Of a DNA stretch of 64,000 bases, positions 12,372-23,916 are shown one piece after another (position 1 is the stretch's first letter; each line of letters starts with the position of its first letter). The notes below the pieces were generated by a model. That model was not told the DNA's origin. It did not search any database and saw only the letters and a list, made by a program, of their open reading frames with translations. The DNA lies in contig OZ218960.1 of NCBI GenBank assembly GCA_965112735.1, forward strand, positions 1,550,001-1,614,000, given 5' to 3'. The translations under genes and the position numbers were made by a program. This DNA comes from Phaeosaccion multiseriatum. Its lineage: Eukaryota; Protista; Ochrophyta, other classes.

Positions 12372-14042
12372 CATACATACATACATACATACATACATAC
12401 ATACATACATACATACATACATAATCTTAACGTACCCTCATTACGCCGGCGCTGCAAGAGAGTCCCTGTGAGTCGAGCAAAAGATCACCAACTTCCACAG
12501 ACTGTGTCGTACTTGAGTCGTCGCCAAGAGCACCGGAGAGAATCAACCGCTGCACTGTCCGAGGGGCAGGGGTAGGGGCCGCAGTAGGAGCTAAGGTTGG
12601 TGCCTGTGGAGGGGAGGGTAGGGGAGGGTAGGGGAGGGGAGGGGAGGGGAGGGGAGGGGAGGAAAGGGAGAGTGTGTTGGCGGAAGGAAGTAAAAGCCTC
12701 TGCACGTAGTACTCCCTTTGACGGCGCCCGGATGCTCAGAGGGAGAGACTAGCATTCATTAGCATTCATCATCATCACCACCATCGCCACCACCGCCGCC
12801 ACCTACGTTCGTCGGAGCCAAAGTGGGTGCCGTAGTCGGTGCCGCTGTCGGGGCCGGGGTCGGGGCCTGGGGAGAGGAGGGGAGGGGTGGGGAGGGGAGG
12901 AGGGAGGGGCGGGGAGGGGAGGGGTGGGGAGGGGAGGGGAGGGGAGGGGAGGGGAGGGGGGGAGGGGGGAGGGGAGGGACGGGGAGGGGAGGGACGGGGA
13001 GGGGAGGGACGGGGAGGGGTGGGGAGGGGAGGAGGGAGGGGCGGGGAGGGGAGGGGGGGAGGGGGGAGGGGAGGGACGGGGAGGGGAGGGGAGGGGAGGG
13101 GAGGGGAGGGGAGGGAGAGTGTGTTGGAGGAAGGAAGCAAAGGCCTCTGTATGAAGCACTCCCTTTGACCGTATCCGGATGCTCAGAGGGAGAGACTTGC
13201 ATTCATAAGCATTCATCATCATCACCACCATCACCACCACCGCCGCCACCTACGTTCGTCGGAGCCAAAGTGGGTGCCGTAGTCGGTGCCGCTGTCGGGG
13301 CCGGGGTCGGGGCCTGGGGAGAGGAGGGGAGGGGTGGGGAGGGGAGGAGGGAGGGGCGGGGAGGGGAGGGGCGGGGAGGGGAGGGGAGGGGAGGGGAGGG
13401 GAGGGGAGGGGGGGAGGGGGGAGGGGAGGGACGGGGAGGGGAGGGACGGGGAGGGGAGGGACGGGGAGGGGAGGGACGGGGAGGGGTGGGGAGGGGAGGA
13501 GGGAGGGGCGGGGAGGGGAGGGGGGGAGGGGGGAGGGGAGGGGAGGGGACGGGGAGGGGAGGGGAGGGGAGGGGAGGGAGAGTGTGTTGGAGGAAGGAAG
13601 CAAAGGCCTCTGTATGAAGCACTCCGTTTGACCGTATCCGGATGCTCAGAGGGAGAGACTTGCATTCATAAGCATTCATCATCATCACCACCATCACCAC
13701 CACCGCCGCCACCTACGTTCGTCGGAGCCAAAGTGGGTGCCGTAGTCGGTGCCGCTGTCGGGGCCGGGGTCGGGGCCTCGGAAGGAAGACAATCTTCCGC
13801 AAACACAAACATGTTCGATGTCAGAGAGAGGGAGGAAGCAACGTTGCCGAGCTGAAGGAAGACCTTATCGGTGTCGGCATAGGAGATGTTGAGCGCGTTG
13901 AGGACGGGGTCGAAGGCGGTGCTGAGCTGATCGAAGGAGAGGGTCGCGTTGGCGATACAAATCGTGTCGCCTTCGGAGACGCTGAAGTCGTTGATGTAGT
14001 CCATCTGGGGGGGGGGAGGGACGAGAGGGGTGGGAGGGCGAG

Positions 14043-14084
<42 letters not shown>

Positions 14085-15104
14085 CAATAGGGGGGCGAGG
14101 GAGGGGGGAACGATGACGGGGGGGGGGCGGAGGGAGAGAACCAAAAGTCAATGGTGAGGAGAGCGGCGCTATCTCCCCCAAAACTCGAAGGGCGCACGCA
14201 CGCACACACACAAACACAAAGGCTTCTCATCACAGGTCAGTAGCCTCCTCCTCCTCCACCACCACCTCCTCCTCCTCCTCCTCCTCCTCCTCCTCCTCCT
14301 CCTCCTTCCCTCCCCCCTCCTTCTTCTCCTCCTTCCCTCCCCCCTCCTCCTTCTCCTCCCCCCCTCCTCTCCCTTCCCTTCCCCCCCTCCTCTTCCTCCC
14401 TCCCCACCTCCGAGGGCGTATCGGACACACCAAAGACATCCGCCCCCGCCCCTCCCTTGAGCACATCCTTTCCAGGGCCCCCGCTGAGGAAGTCGCTGCC
14501 GGTGCCACCATCCAAGTCGTCTATTCCTTCGCCTCCAAGGAGCCTAAGTGTTGTCAGACAGAGAGAGAGAGAGTAAGAGGGACAGGATTATATATGTATC
14601 ATCCAAGTCGTCCATTCCTTCTGAGAGAGATAAGAGGGACAGGATTATATATGTATCATCCAAGTCGTCCATTCCTTCTCCACCAAGGAGCCTAAGTGTT
14701 GTCGGACTGAGAGAGAAAGAGGGTTTATATATATACATAATATATATATGTGTAATGTATATATACATGTAGAGAGAGGGAGATAGAGACATACATGTAT
14801 AGAGAGAGTGAGAGAGAAAGTGTGTGTGTGAGTGTGTGTGTGTATCTGTGTGGATGGGTGTGTAGTGAGTGTGTGTCAATGTGTGAGGAGTGTGAGTGTG
14901 TAGTATGTGTGTGCGTCTGTGTATGTGTGCAGTGTGTGTGCGTGTGTGTTTACGCGTGTGTGCGTGTGTGTGCGTGTGTGTTTACGCATGTGTGCGTGTG
15001 TGGGTGGCGCACGCTGATAATGGAGCACACACACAGGGGAGATAGGGCCCCGACAGGCAGACGGACAGACAGATAGACTGACCTACACACAGACAGACCT
15101 ACAC

Positions 15105-15154
<50 letters not shown>

Positions 15155-15155
15155 C

Positions 15156-15198
<43 letters not shown>

Positions 15199-15244
15199 GG
15201 ACAGACAGATAGACTGACAGATAGACTGACAGACCTACACACAC

Positions 15245-15326
<82 letters not shown>

Positions 15327-18300
15327 CAGACAGACAGATGGACGGACAGACAGACAGACAGATAGACAGCCTTCGCATCGTTCTCTCTCTCTTGCGTGCC
15401 ATCCACAACCATCCACTGCAACGCCATCACATCACCGACCTATCCGCCCTCCCTTCCTCCTTCCCCCCCACCCATCCACTGTCATCCCTCCCTCTCCATC
15501 CACTGCCATCCCTCCCTCCCATCCACTGCAATCCCTCCTCCCATCCACTGCCGTCCCTCCCTCCCATCCACTGCCATCCCTCCTCCTCCATCCACTGCCA
15601 TCCCTCCCTCTCCATCCACTGCCATCCCTCCCTCTCTATCCACTGCAATCCCTCCTCCCATCCACTGCCATCCCTCCCTCCCATCCACTGCCATCCCTCC
15701 CTCTCTATCCACTGCCATCAACTTACGTGTCATTCCCCTCACTGCCGAAGATACTTCAAGGGTGGGGGGGGAGGAAGAGACGGGGGGAGAGAGGGAGGGA
15801 GGGAGGGAGGGAGGGAGGGAGGGAGGGAGGGAGGGAGGGAGGGAGGGAGGGAGGGAGGGAGGGAGGGAGGGAGGGAGGGAGGGAGGGAGGGAGGGAGGGA
15901 GGGAGGGAGGGAGGGAGGGAGGGAGGGAGGGAGGGAGGGAGGGAGGGAGGGAGGGAGGGAGGGAGGGAGGGAGGGAGGGAGGGAGGGAGGGAGGGAGGGA
16001 GGGAGGGAGGGAGGGAGGGAGGGAGGGAGGGAGGGAGGGAGGGAGGCAGGGAGGGAGGGAGGGAGGGAGGGAGGGAGGGAAGGGAGGGAGTGAGGGAGGG
16101 AAGGGAAGGAGGGAGGGAGTGCGGCGTGTGTGGCGTGGCGCCCACAAATTTGAAGCAATCAATCCACCAAATAACATCACCTAAGCGATGCACTCATGAA
16201 TAAATCAATCCACCAAATAACATCACCTAAGCGATGCACTCATGAATAAATCATTCACTTGATATGTCATTCATTCAATTGACAAGTCACTCCGTCAAAT
16301 GAAAAGTCACTCATTCAATTAATGAGTCACTCTGTCAATTGATAAGTCACTCAGACAAAGAAAAGTGATGTTGACAAGTGAAAACGATGTATGGCAAGAC
16401 AGACCGCTCGGTCGAATCAATTTGCGTAGTCGGTCGAATCATTTAGCTCCCACCCTCCGTCCTTCCCCTCCCTCCCTTCCTCCCTCCCCCCCCCCCCCTG
16501 ACTGTCACTCACGTGGACGTGCCGTTGCCTCCCATGATGAAGTCATTTCCTTCGTTGCCCTTGATGTCCGCACGCGCATCTAAGATCCCCGTCCCGCCTA
16601 CCATGTAGTCATCACCAGGACCACCACTCATGCTGGAAGGGGGAGGGGAGGGAGAGAGAGGGAGGGGGAGAGAGAGGGAGAGAGAGAGGTAGAGAGAGAG
16701 GGAGGGGGGGATAAAGCCGAACAGAGAAAGGTGCGTTGAAGTAAAGGTTTTCTTACGCTGCATATACGAAATTCGTACGTACCCATACATACCCATTAGA
16801 AACGATGGAGAGGGGGTGGGGAGGGGAATAACAAACACACACATACATGTACATATACGTAAAGAGAGAGAAGGATAGAGAGAGGGGGGGATAGACAGAG
16901 TGAGAAGAGAACGAGAGAGACAGAGACAGAGAGAGAGAGGGAGAGAGAGAAAGAGAGAGAGAGAGAGAGGAGAAAGAGAGAGAGAAGAAGAAGAAGAAGA
17001 AGAAGAAGAAGAAGAAGAAGAAGAAGAAGAAGAAGAAGAAGAAGAAGAAGAAGAAGAAGAAGAAGAAGAAGAAGAAGAAGAAGAAGAAGAAGAAGAAGAA
17101 GAAGAAGAAGAAGAAGAAGAAGAAGAAGAAGAAGAAGAAGAAGAAGAAGAAGAAGAAGAAGAAGAAGAAGAAGAAGAAGAAGAAGAAGAAGAAGAAGAAG
17201 AAGAAGAAGAAGAAGAAGAAGAAGAAGAAGAAGAAGAAGAAGAAGAAGAAGAAGAAGAAGAAGAAGAAGAAGAAGAAGAAGAAGAAGAAGAAGAAGAAGA
17301 AGAAGAAGAAGAAGAAGAAGAAGAAGAAGAAGAAGAAGAAGAAGAAGAAGAAGAAGAAGAAGAAGAAGAAGAAGAAGAAGAAGAAGAAGAAGAAGAAGAA
17401 GAAGAAGAAGAAGAAGAAGAAGAAGAAGAAGAAGAAGAAGAAGAAGAAGAAGAAGAAGAAGAAGAAGAAGAAGAAGAAGAAGAAGAAGAAGAAGAAGAAG
17501 AAGAAGAAGAAGAAGAAGAAGAAGAAGAAGAAGAAGAAGAAGAAGAAGAAGAAGAAGAAGAAGAAGAAGAAGAAGAAGAAGAAGAAGAAGAAGAAGAAGA
17601 AGAAGAAGAAGAAGAAGAAGAAGAAGAAGAAGAAGAAGAAGAAGAAGAAGAAGAAGAAGAACGACAGAGAGAGAGACAAAACGACAGAGAGAGAGTGGTA
17701 CGATCGGTACTCACCGTCCGTTTCCATTCCCTTGATAAAGGCGATCGTCCCCTGCATTGCCTTCGAGTCTGTCGTCACCGCCTTGCCCCCAGAGACTGAG
17801 CCGAGCGACACCACGTCATGACATCCATAACAGAGAGGGAGGGAGGGATGGAGGGAGGGATGGAGGGGAAATTATGAAGGGGGGGGGCGTAAGAAGCCCA
17901 CAGGGGCACAATAGAGGCACACCAAACGATACATCAAGAAGCCATTTACTGCAGGCATATGGGCAGGCGAGTATACAAGGCAGGCATATGGGCGGCCAGG
18001 AGAAGGAACGGAGAGGTCAGTCTCCGTCTGGCCGTTTCAAACTCACATGTCATCGCCGTCAGATCCGTACAGGCCATCCCTACCCTCCCCGCCATAGAGA
18101 AGATCGTCTCCGTCGCCTCCAATAAGAGCATCGGAGCCTGAACTCCCCCACAGCTTGTCCTGGCCTTCAGACCCAAAGAGACTAAATGACGACGACGATA
18201 GACGATGACGACGACAACAAGGAGGAGGTGGAGGAGGGGGAGGAGGAGGGGGAGGAGGAGGAGGAGGAGGAGGAGGAAGAGGAGGAGGAGGAGGAGGAGG

Positions 18301-20515
18301 AGGAGGAGGAGGAGGAGGAGGAGGAGGAGGAGGGGGGGAGGAGGAGGAGGAGGAGGAGGGGGAGGAGGAGAAGGAGGGGGAGGAGGAGGAGGAGGAGGAG
18401 GAGGGGGAGGAGGAGAAGGAGGGGGAGGAGGAGGAGGAGGAGGAGGAGGGGGACGACGAGGAGGAGGAGGAGGAGGAGGAGGAGGAGGAGGAGGAGGAGG
18501 AGGAGGAGGAGGAGGAGAAGAATGATGGGGGGGGGGGGGACAGAGACGACGGCACGGAGTGAGTGAGTGAGTGAGTGAGTGAGTGAGTGAGTGAGTGAGT
18601 GAGTGAGTGAGTGAGTGAGTGATATATGAAGAGAAGCAGCGCAAGATCCAAACACGATCACGTTTGTGATGAGAGCAAGCAAAGCAGACAAGGCAGGAGA
18701 CCGGCGAGCCTTCGAGCAAGCAAAGCAGACAAGACAAGGCCGTACGTAAGGCCGTACGTAAGGCCGTACATGTCCCTGTCTACGCCCTAACGTACACGTC
18801 TTGGGCTCCGTTGCCGTACAGAAGGTCATTGCCTGTTTCGCCATACATGAAGTCTTCACCAGGGCCTCCTCGCAGGCTAAAATATAATACAATATATATA
18901 TAGTATATATATATAAATGGGAGAGGGGCGTGATGAGGAGAGGGGCAAGAAGGAGAAGGAGGGGGGGGCAATGGGGGGAGTTCAGGGAGGAGGAGAGCGG
19001 AGCATGAAGGAGAAGGAGAGGGAAGCCAAGATGGAGAAGGAGAGAGGGGCGAGAAGGAGAAGGGGGAGACACGGAGAGAGGGGGGGGGGGAGGTGCGATG
19101 CGAGTAAAGATCATTGTGTAAAAGAGGCAAATTCAAGAGGGACCGACAATGCACCAGGGGGGTGGGGGGCATGAGCAGAGCAACGAACGATGAAACGAGG
19201 CGTACTGCACAGCACACTGCTGCTCTCGTGTCACCGATTGCTGTTGCTTCTGTTGCTGCTGTTCCGTAGGAGACCCTCCCATGCCGGTCTATGACTCTCC
19301 CCTCCTCTTTTACACTGCCCCCTCCCCCCCCCTCTCGCTTCCCTTCTCCATGCTTACATGTCTGAGGGGAGAGAGGAAGGACAGCAGGAGAGGAGAGGAG
19401 GGGAGATGAGGAGGAGGGCAGGAGAACTGCGCTGGGTGCTGTGAAGACTGGAGAGGATAGACGGAACAGAGTGAAGACGAAGCCGTAGCCAGAAGGTAGA
19501 AGAGGAGTATCGTGGTGAACAAAGACTGGAGAGGGTGGACGGAACAGAGGTAGGATGTAGCTGTAGCCGGAAGAAGAAGAGTATCGTGGTGAGCAAAGAC
19601 TGGAGAGGGTAGACGGGAATAGAGTGAAGACGAAGCCGTAGCCAGAAGGTAGAGGAGGAGTATCGTGGTGAACAAAGACTGGAGAGGGTGGACGGAACAG
19701 AGGTAGGATGTAGCTGTAGCCAGAAGAAGAAGAGTATCGTGGTGAGCAAAGACTGGAGAGGGTAGACGGGAATAGAGTGAAGACGAAGCTGTAGCCAGAA
19801 GGTAGAAGAGGAGTATCGTGGTGAACAAAGACTGGAGAGGGTGGACGGAACAGAGGTAGGATGTAGCTGTAGCCAGAAGAAGAAGAGTATCGTGGTGAAC
19901 AAAGACTGGAGAGGGTGGACGGAACAGAGGTAGGATGTAGCTGTAGCCAGAAGAAGAAGAGTATCGTGGTGAGCAAAGACTGGAGAGGGTAGACGGGAAT
20001 AGAGTGAAGACGAAGCCGTAGCCAGAAGGTAGAAGAGGAGTATCGTGGTGAACAAAGACTGGAGAGGGTGGACGGAACAGAGGTAGGATGTAGCTGTAGC
20101 CGGAAGAAGAAGAGTATCGTGGTGAGCAAAGACTGGAGAGGGTAGACGGGAATAGAGTGAAGACGAAGCCGTAGCCAGAAGGTAGAAGAGGAGTATCGTG
20201 GTGAGCAAAGACTGGAGAGGGTGGACGGAACAGAGGTAGGATGTAGCTGTAGCCAGAAGGTAGAAGAAGAGAGGTGGGGAGCAAGTACCAGAAGGTGGAA
20301 GAGGAGTACGTCGTATCGTGTTGGCAAAGTGCTTACTTACCACTTCCCCCGCGGCCAAACATGCCGTCACTTCCGGTGCTGCCAGTGAGGGTGTCATTCC
20401 CGCTTCCTCCAGTGATATAATTGTATGTCTGCCCTTGGCAGCGCAAGAGCTGCACAAGGACTGCACTGCCGACGGCGGCAACCGTACTACGCCTTGCTGG
20501 GCAACAAGACTTCAT
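10300..20515 (-). CDS. Type I membrane protein with RTX/hemolysin-type Ca2+-binding nonapeptide repeats, a Pro/Thr/Ala stalk and a C-terminal TM helix (adhesin-like)
   Basis: Exons 20515-20341, 19361-19358 (4 nt), 18876-18796, 18181-18047, 17795-17715, 16632-16513, 14543-14408, 14004-13717, 13313-13254, 12866-12807, 12603-12436, 11906-11771, 10907-10300. All introns are GT-AG and phase-consistent. Many GGxGxDxLx repeats ([44 protein letters not shown]), an RTX-terminal DYINDF motif, APTxAPT repeats and TM segment [23 protein letters not shown]. Confidence 0.85.
11170..11640. repeat. 42-44 bp minisatellite (~11 copies) in an RTX gene intron
   Basis: Unit catccatctactcacacacctaaccacatgaacacaca(ca). 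Confidence 0.9.
12610..13778. repeat. ~450-bp tandem triplication of an exon+intron unit
   Basis: Three copies of the [20 protein letters not shown]-coding 60-mer plus the following intron. The copy nearest 12610 is more diverged. Confidence 0.9.
15793..16120. repeat. (GGGA)n tract; similar tracts at 22460-22990 and 44325-44380
   Basis: Direct reading. Confidence 0.9.
16983..17661. repeat. Pure (GAA)n microsatellite, ~225 units, intronic
   Basis: Direct reading. Confidence 0.95.
19440..20320. repeat. Composite minisatellite of alternating 74- and 79-bp unit variants (~11 units)
   Basis: The shared core gtatcgtggtgaRcaaagactggagagggt recurs at ~19507, 19581, 19660, 19734, 19813, 19887, 19961, 20040, 20114 and 20193. 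Confidence 0.9.
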
Positions 20516-21277
20516 ATTGTGCCACAGTCCGGAGCACTAAGAGCCAGGCCGCAGGGCACAAATGCCCGCCGACGTATACTGTACAGCAAAAAGTCGGCCC
20601 ACTGTTGCCAATCCACTGAGTCCCAGGCCCAACGCGCGCTTGCCTGGCACAACTCCCTGCAGGGGGCTGCTCTGCACCACCCTGTCCTTCTTGCAATATC
20701 TCTGGCAGCGGCAGTGGAAGAAGCACTGAGGCAGTGAAACTGTAGCGCCATAAACTCCCCGTTTTGCGGCTGCCCCCATGTTGTTTCTCATGCTTTTGGA
20801 TCTGGCGAGCAACATTTGGGCAGTTGGTGAAGGAAGGGGAAAATGGGGGCAACAGTAAAACCGCCGTCGGACAGTTATTCTATGACAATTATTGTTGTCG
20901 TATGTATATAAAATTAATTATATTATATATACGACATATATAACACACATAAACACACGCACACAAAGCGTAATTTAAAACACAGCAAGAGTGCCAAAAA
21001 TGAAGCAGCCGTGTGTTCAACCCCTGATACACTATCCGCTATCCGCTGTCGCCGGCGCCAGCCGGCGCGCGTGGGCGATAGTGTATCAGGGGTTGAGTGT
21101 GTGGCCATGCATGCCTCTTTCACCCCCCGCCTTTGATCTTCGCGACCAACAAGGGGGCCATGGGATTCCCCCCCCCCCCCAACACTTCCACCGCCGACGA
21201 GCCCCTGCGGATCAGCCCCTCAGCCACATCAGTGGTTGCCTTCGAGCTCGCCGCTTCTCGGTGGCCCTAGTGCGGGT

Positions 21278-21333
21278 CACCAGTCACCAGTCACCAGTCA
21301 CCAGTCACCAGTCACCAGTCACCAGTCACCAGT
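21278..21333. repeat. (CACCAGT)n heptamer repeat, intergenic
   Basis: Direct reading, ~8 copies. Confidence 0.9.
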
Positions 21334-22218
21334 CTCTTGGAGTCGATGCCTCCCTTGCCTTTGTTTTGACAGCACAGCCAATCCTACCTTGTCTAATAAC
21401 TTATTGGATTGGCTGTACAAGGCTGTAGTCGCTGGTCTTTGGTCTTTGTGAGTGCGCGCGTGGACACCTGCTTATCTCGTGACGACGTAGTTTACGTAAT
21501 ATTTGGTAATAGCAACAATGCAAGAATGAATTTCACACCCACAACCTTTGCGATATCCTTCTTTTACTCGACTCCAGACACGGAAGACACCGAAGGGCTG
21601 AAGAGAAGGAAGGGTACAGCAGGCAACAAGAAGGCGCTATGTTCCTCATTCAACGCCAGACAGCGAGGGGCACATGTGATGTGATGTGAGGGGTGCGGGG
21701 GGAGGGCTCTCAGGGGCTCTGTCCTCGACTACCCTGCTCACTCTCAACAACGGGGAGGGAGGACGCATTAGACCGAAAGACCCGAGACCCAAGAAGCAAG
21801 CCCAGTCAAAAGGTTGCTGTCGATCTCGATATGATTGATTGATACCTTCATCGAGGCGTCAACAGTCCAATTGCACAGAGTGTATGTTTCGTGGTTATTT
21901 CAAGAGGAGGAATGCGATGCTTCATTGGGAGGAACGAAAGCACGCGTATTGTTTTGTAGATACTATTTTCTTCTTATATAATATTATGTACAATTTCCAA
22001 TAATAATAATAAAACTAGCCCCCCGCCCTGTGCCCCCGCCCCTACTATTAACTCTTGTCATGAGCGATCTACCCATCATAATTCCATGCAGAGGGCACAC
22101 ACGCAAGCTCACAAGTCACAAGCTCCGTTCAAAACCTCACAAGCAGGCAGGATGGCTAAGGAAGGATCGCTTCCTTCCTTCCTTCCTCCCTCCCTCCCTC
22201 CCTCCCTCCCCTCCCCCT

Positions 22219-23885
22219 TCAGCTGGTGTTGAAGTGCATGGAGGGAGCACCGCTGCTGCCACCACTGCCACTCTCACTGCCACCCCCACTCTCCCCCCAC
22301 CTCCACAATGACGTCACGGTCTTTGTCTGCGTATAGAACTTGACCCCTTCCTTGCCGTAAAAGCACGAGTCACCCCGGCGCGATGCCTTGTTGCCCGTGA
22401 AGCTGAAGTGCGGCAGGGGCACCGGGATGGGAACATTCACACCCACCTGTGAGGGGCGGGAAGGGAGGGAGGGAGGGAGGGAGGGAGGGAGGGAGGGAGG
22501 GAGGGAGGCGAGGGAGGGAGGGAGGGAGGGAGGGAGGGAGGGAGGGAGGGAGGGAGGGAGGGAGGGAGGGAGGGAGGGAGGGAGGGAGGGAGGGAGGGAG
22601 GGAGGGAGGGAGGGAGGGAGGGAGGGATGGGGGGAAGGAGGGAGGAAGGAAGGAAGGAAGGGAGGAAGGGAGGAAGGGAGGAAGGGAGGGAGGGAGGGAG
22701 GGAGGGAGGGAGGGAGGGAGGGAGGGAGGGAGGGAGGGAGGGAGGGAGGGAGGGAGGGAGGGAGGGAGGGAGGGAGGGAGGGAGGGAGGGAGGGAGGGAG
22801 GGAGGGAGGGAGGGAGGGAGGGAGGGAGGGAGGGAGGGAGGGAGGGAGGGAGGGAGGGAGGGAGGGAGGGAGGGAGGGAAGGAGGGAGGGAGGGAAGGAG
22901 GGAGGGAGGGAAGGAGGGAGGGAGGGAGGGAAGGACGGCGGGAGGGAAGGACGGAGGGAGGGAAGGACGGAGGGAAGGACGGAGGGAGGGGGTGGATGAG
23001 TGAGTCAGTTACTAAGTGAGTGATTGAGTGATTTAGATCCGAGTGAGTGGGTGAGTGAGTGAGTGAGTGTGTGATTGATGGAGTGATTTAGACTTGGTGA
23101 GTGAGTGAGTGAGTGAGTGAGTGAGTGAGTGAGTGAGTGAGTGAGTGAGTGTGTGAGTGAGGGAGTGAGTGAGTGTGTGTGTGAGTGAGTGACTGAGTGA
23201 GTGAGTGAGTGAGTGAGTGAGTGAGTGAGTGAGTGAGTGAGTGAGTGAGTGAGTGAGTGAGTGAGTGAGTGAGTGAGTGAGTGAGTGAGTGAGTGAGTGA
23301 GTGAGTGAGTGAGTGAGTGAGTGAGTGAGTGAGTGAGTGAATGAGTGAATGAATGAGCGTGTAGACTCCTCACCTGGCCGGCCTCCACCTCCATCTGGTA
23401 CTTGCGTGCCGCCGCTCCGCTGCTTGTGAAGATGGCCGTACCTAAGCAAAGGGGAAGGCTCCCTCAGTTTCAGTTTCAGCGTCACTTTCAGCTGAAACGA
23501 ATCGACCTCGAAGCACAATACCGATAAATATCCATCCCCTCATTCCCTCTCAACACTCTTCACATCACTCACTCATTCGCTCGCTCGCACGCTCAAGTCC
23601 ACTCACCGTTACCGTACTCGTTCTTGTTGACAAAAGCCAGGGCCTCGTCTAGAGATCGGACAGTCACACAGCAGAGCACGGGGCCAAACACCTCATTGGA
23701 GTAGGCGGGGTTGAGTGCGTCAATGCCAGACAGAATGGTGGGCCCCACAAAGTTTCCCTGCGGGTAGTCGTCAACCTGTGATGAGAGGGGGGGAGGACGT
23801 TTAAGAATCGAAGAAATAGAGTCAGCAAGCAAGCGGGAGTGACTGGTTCGGTTCGGCAGCATGAACCCGCCCTGTCCGTCTCTAC

Positions 23886-23916
<31 letters not shown>

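Noticed and set aside
19440-20320. Repeat-spacer-like pattern and long ORFs 18780-20327, 19310-20284, 19354-20481
   Set aside because: The apparent spacers are only two recurring variants; the ORFs are translations of an intronic minisatellite.
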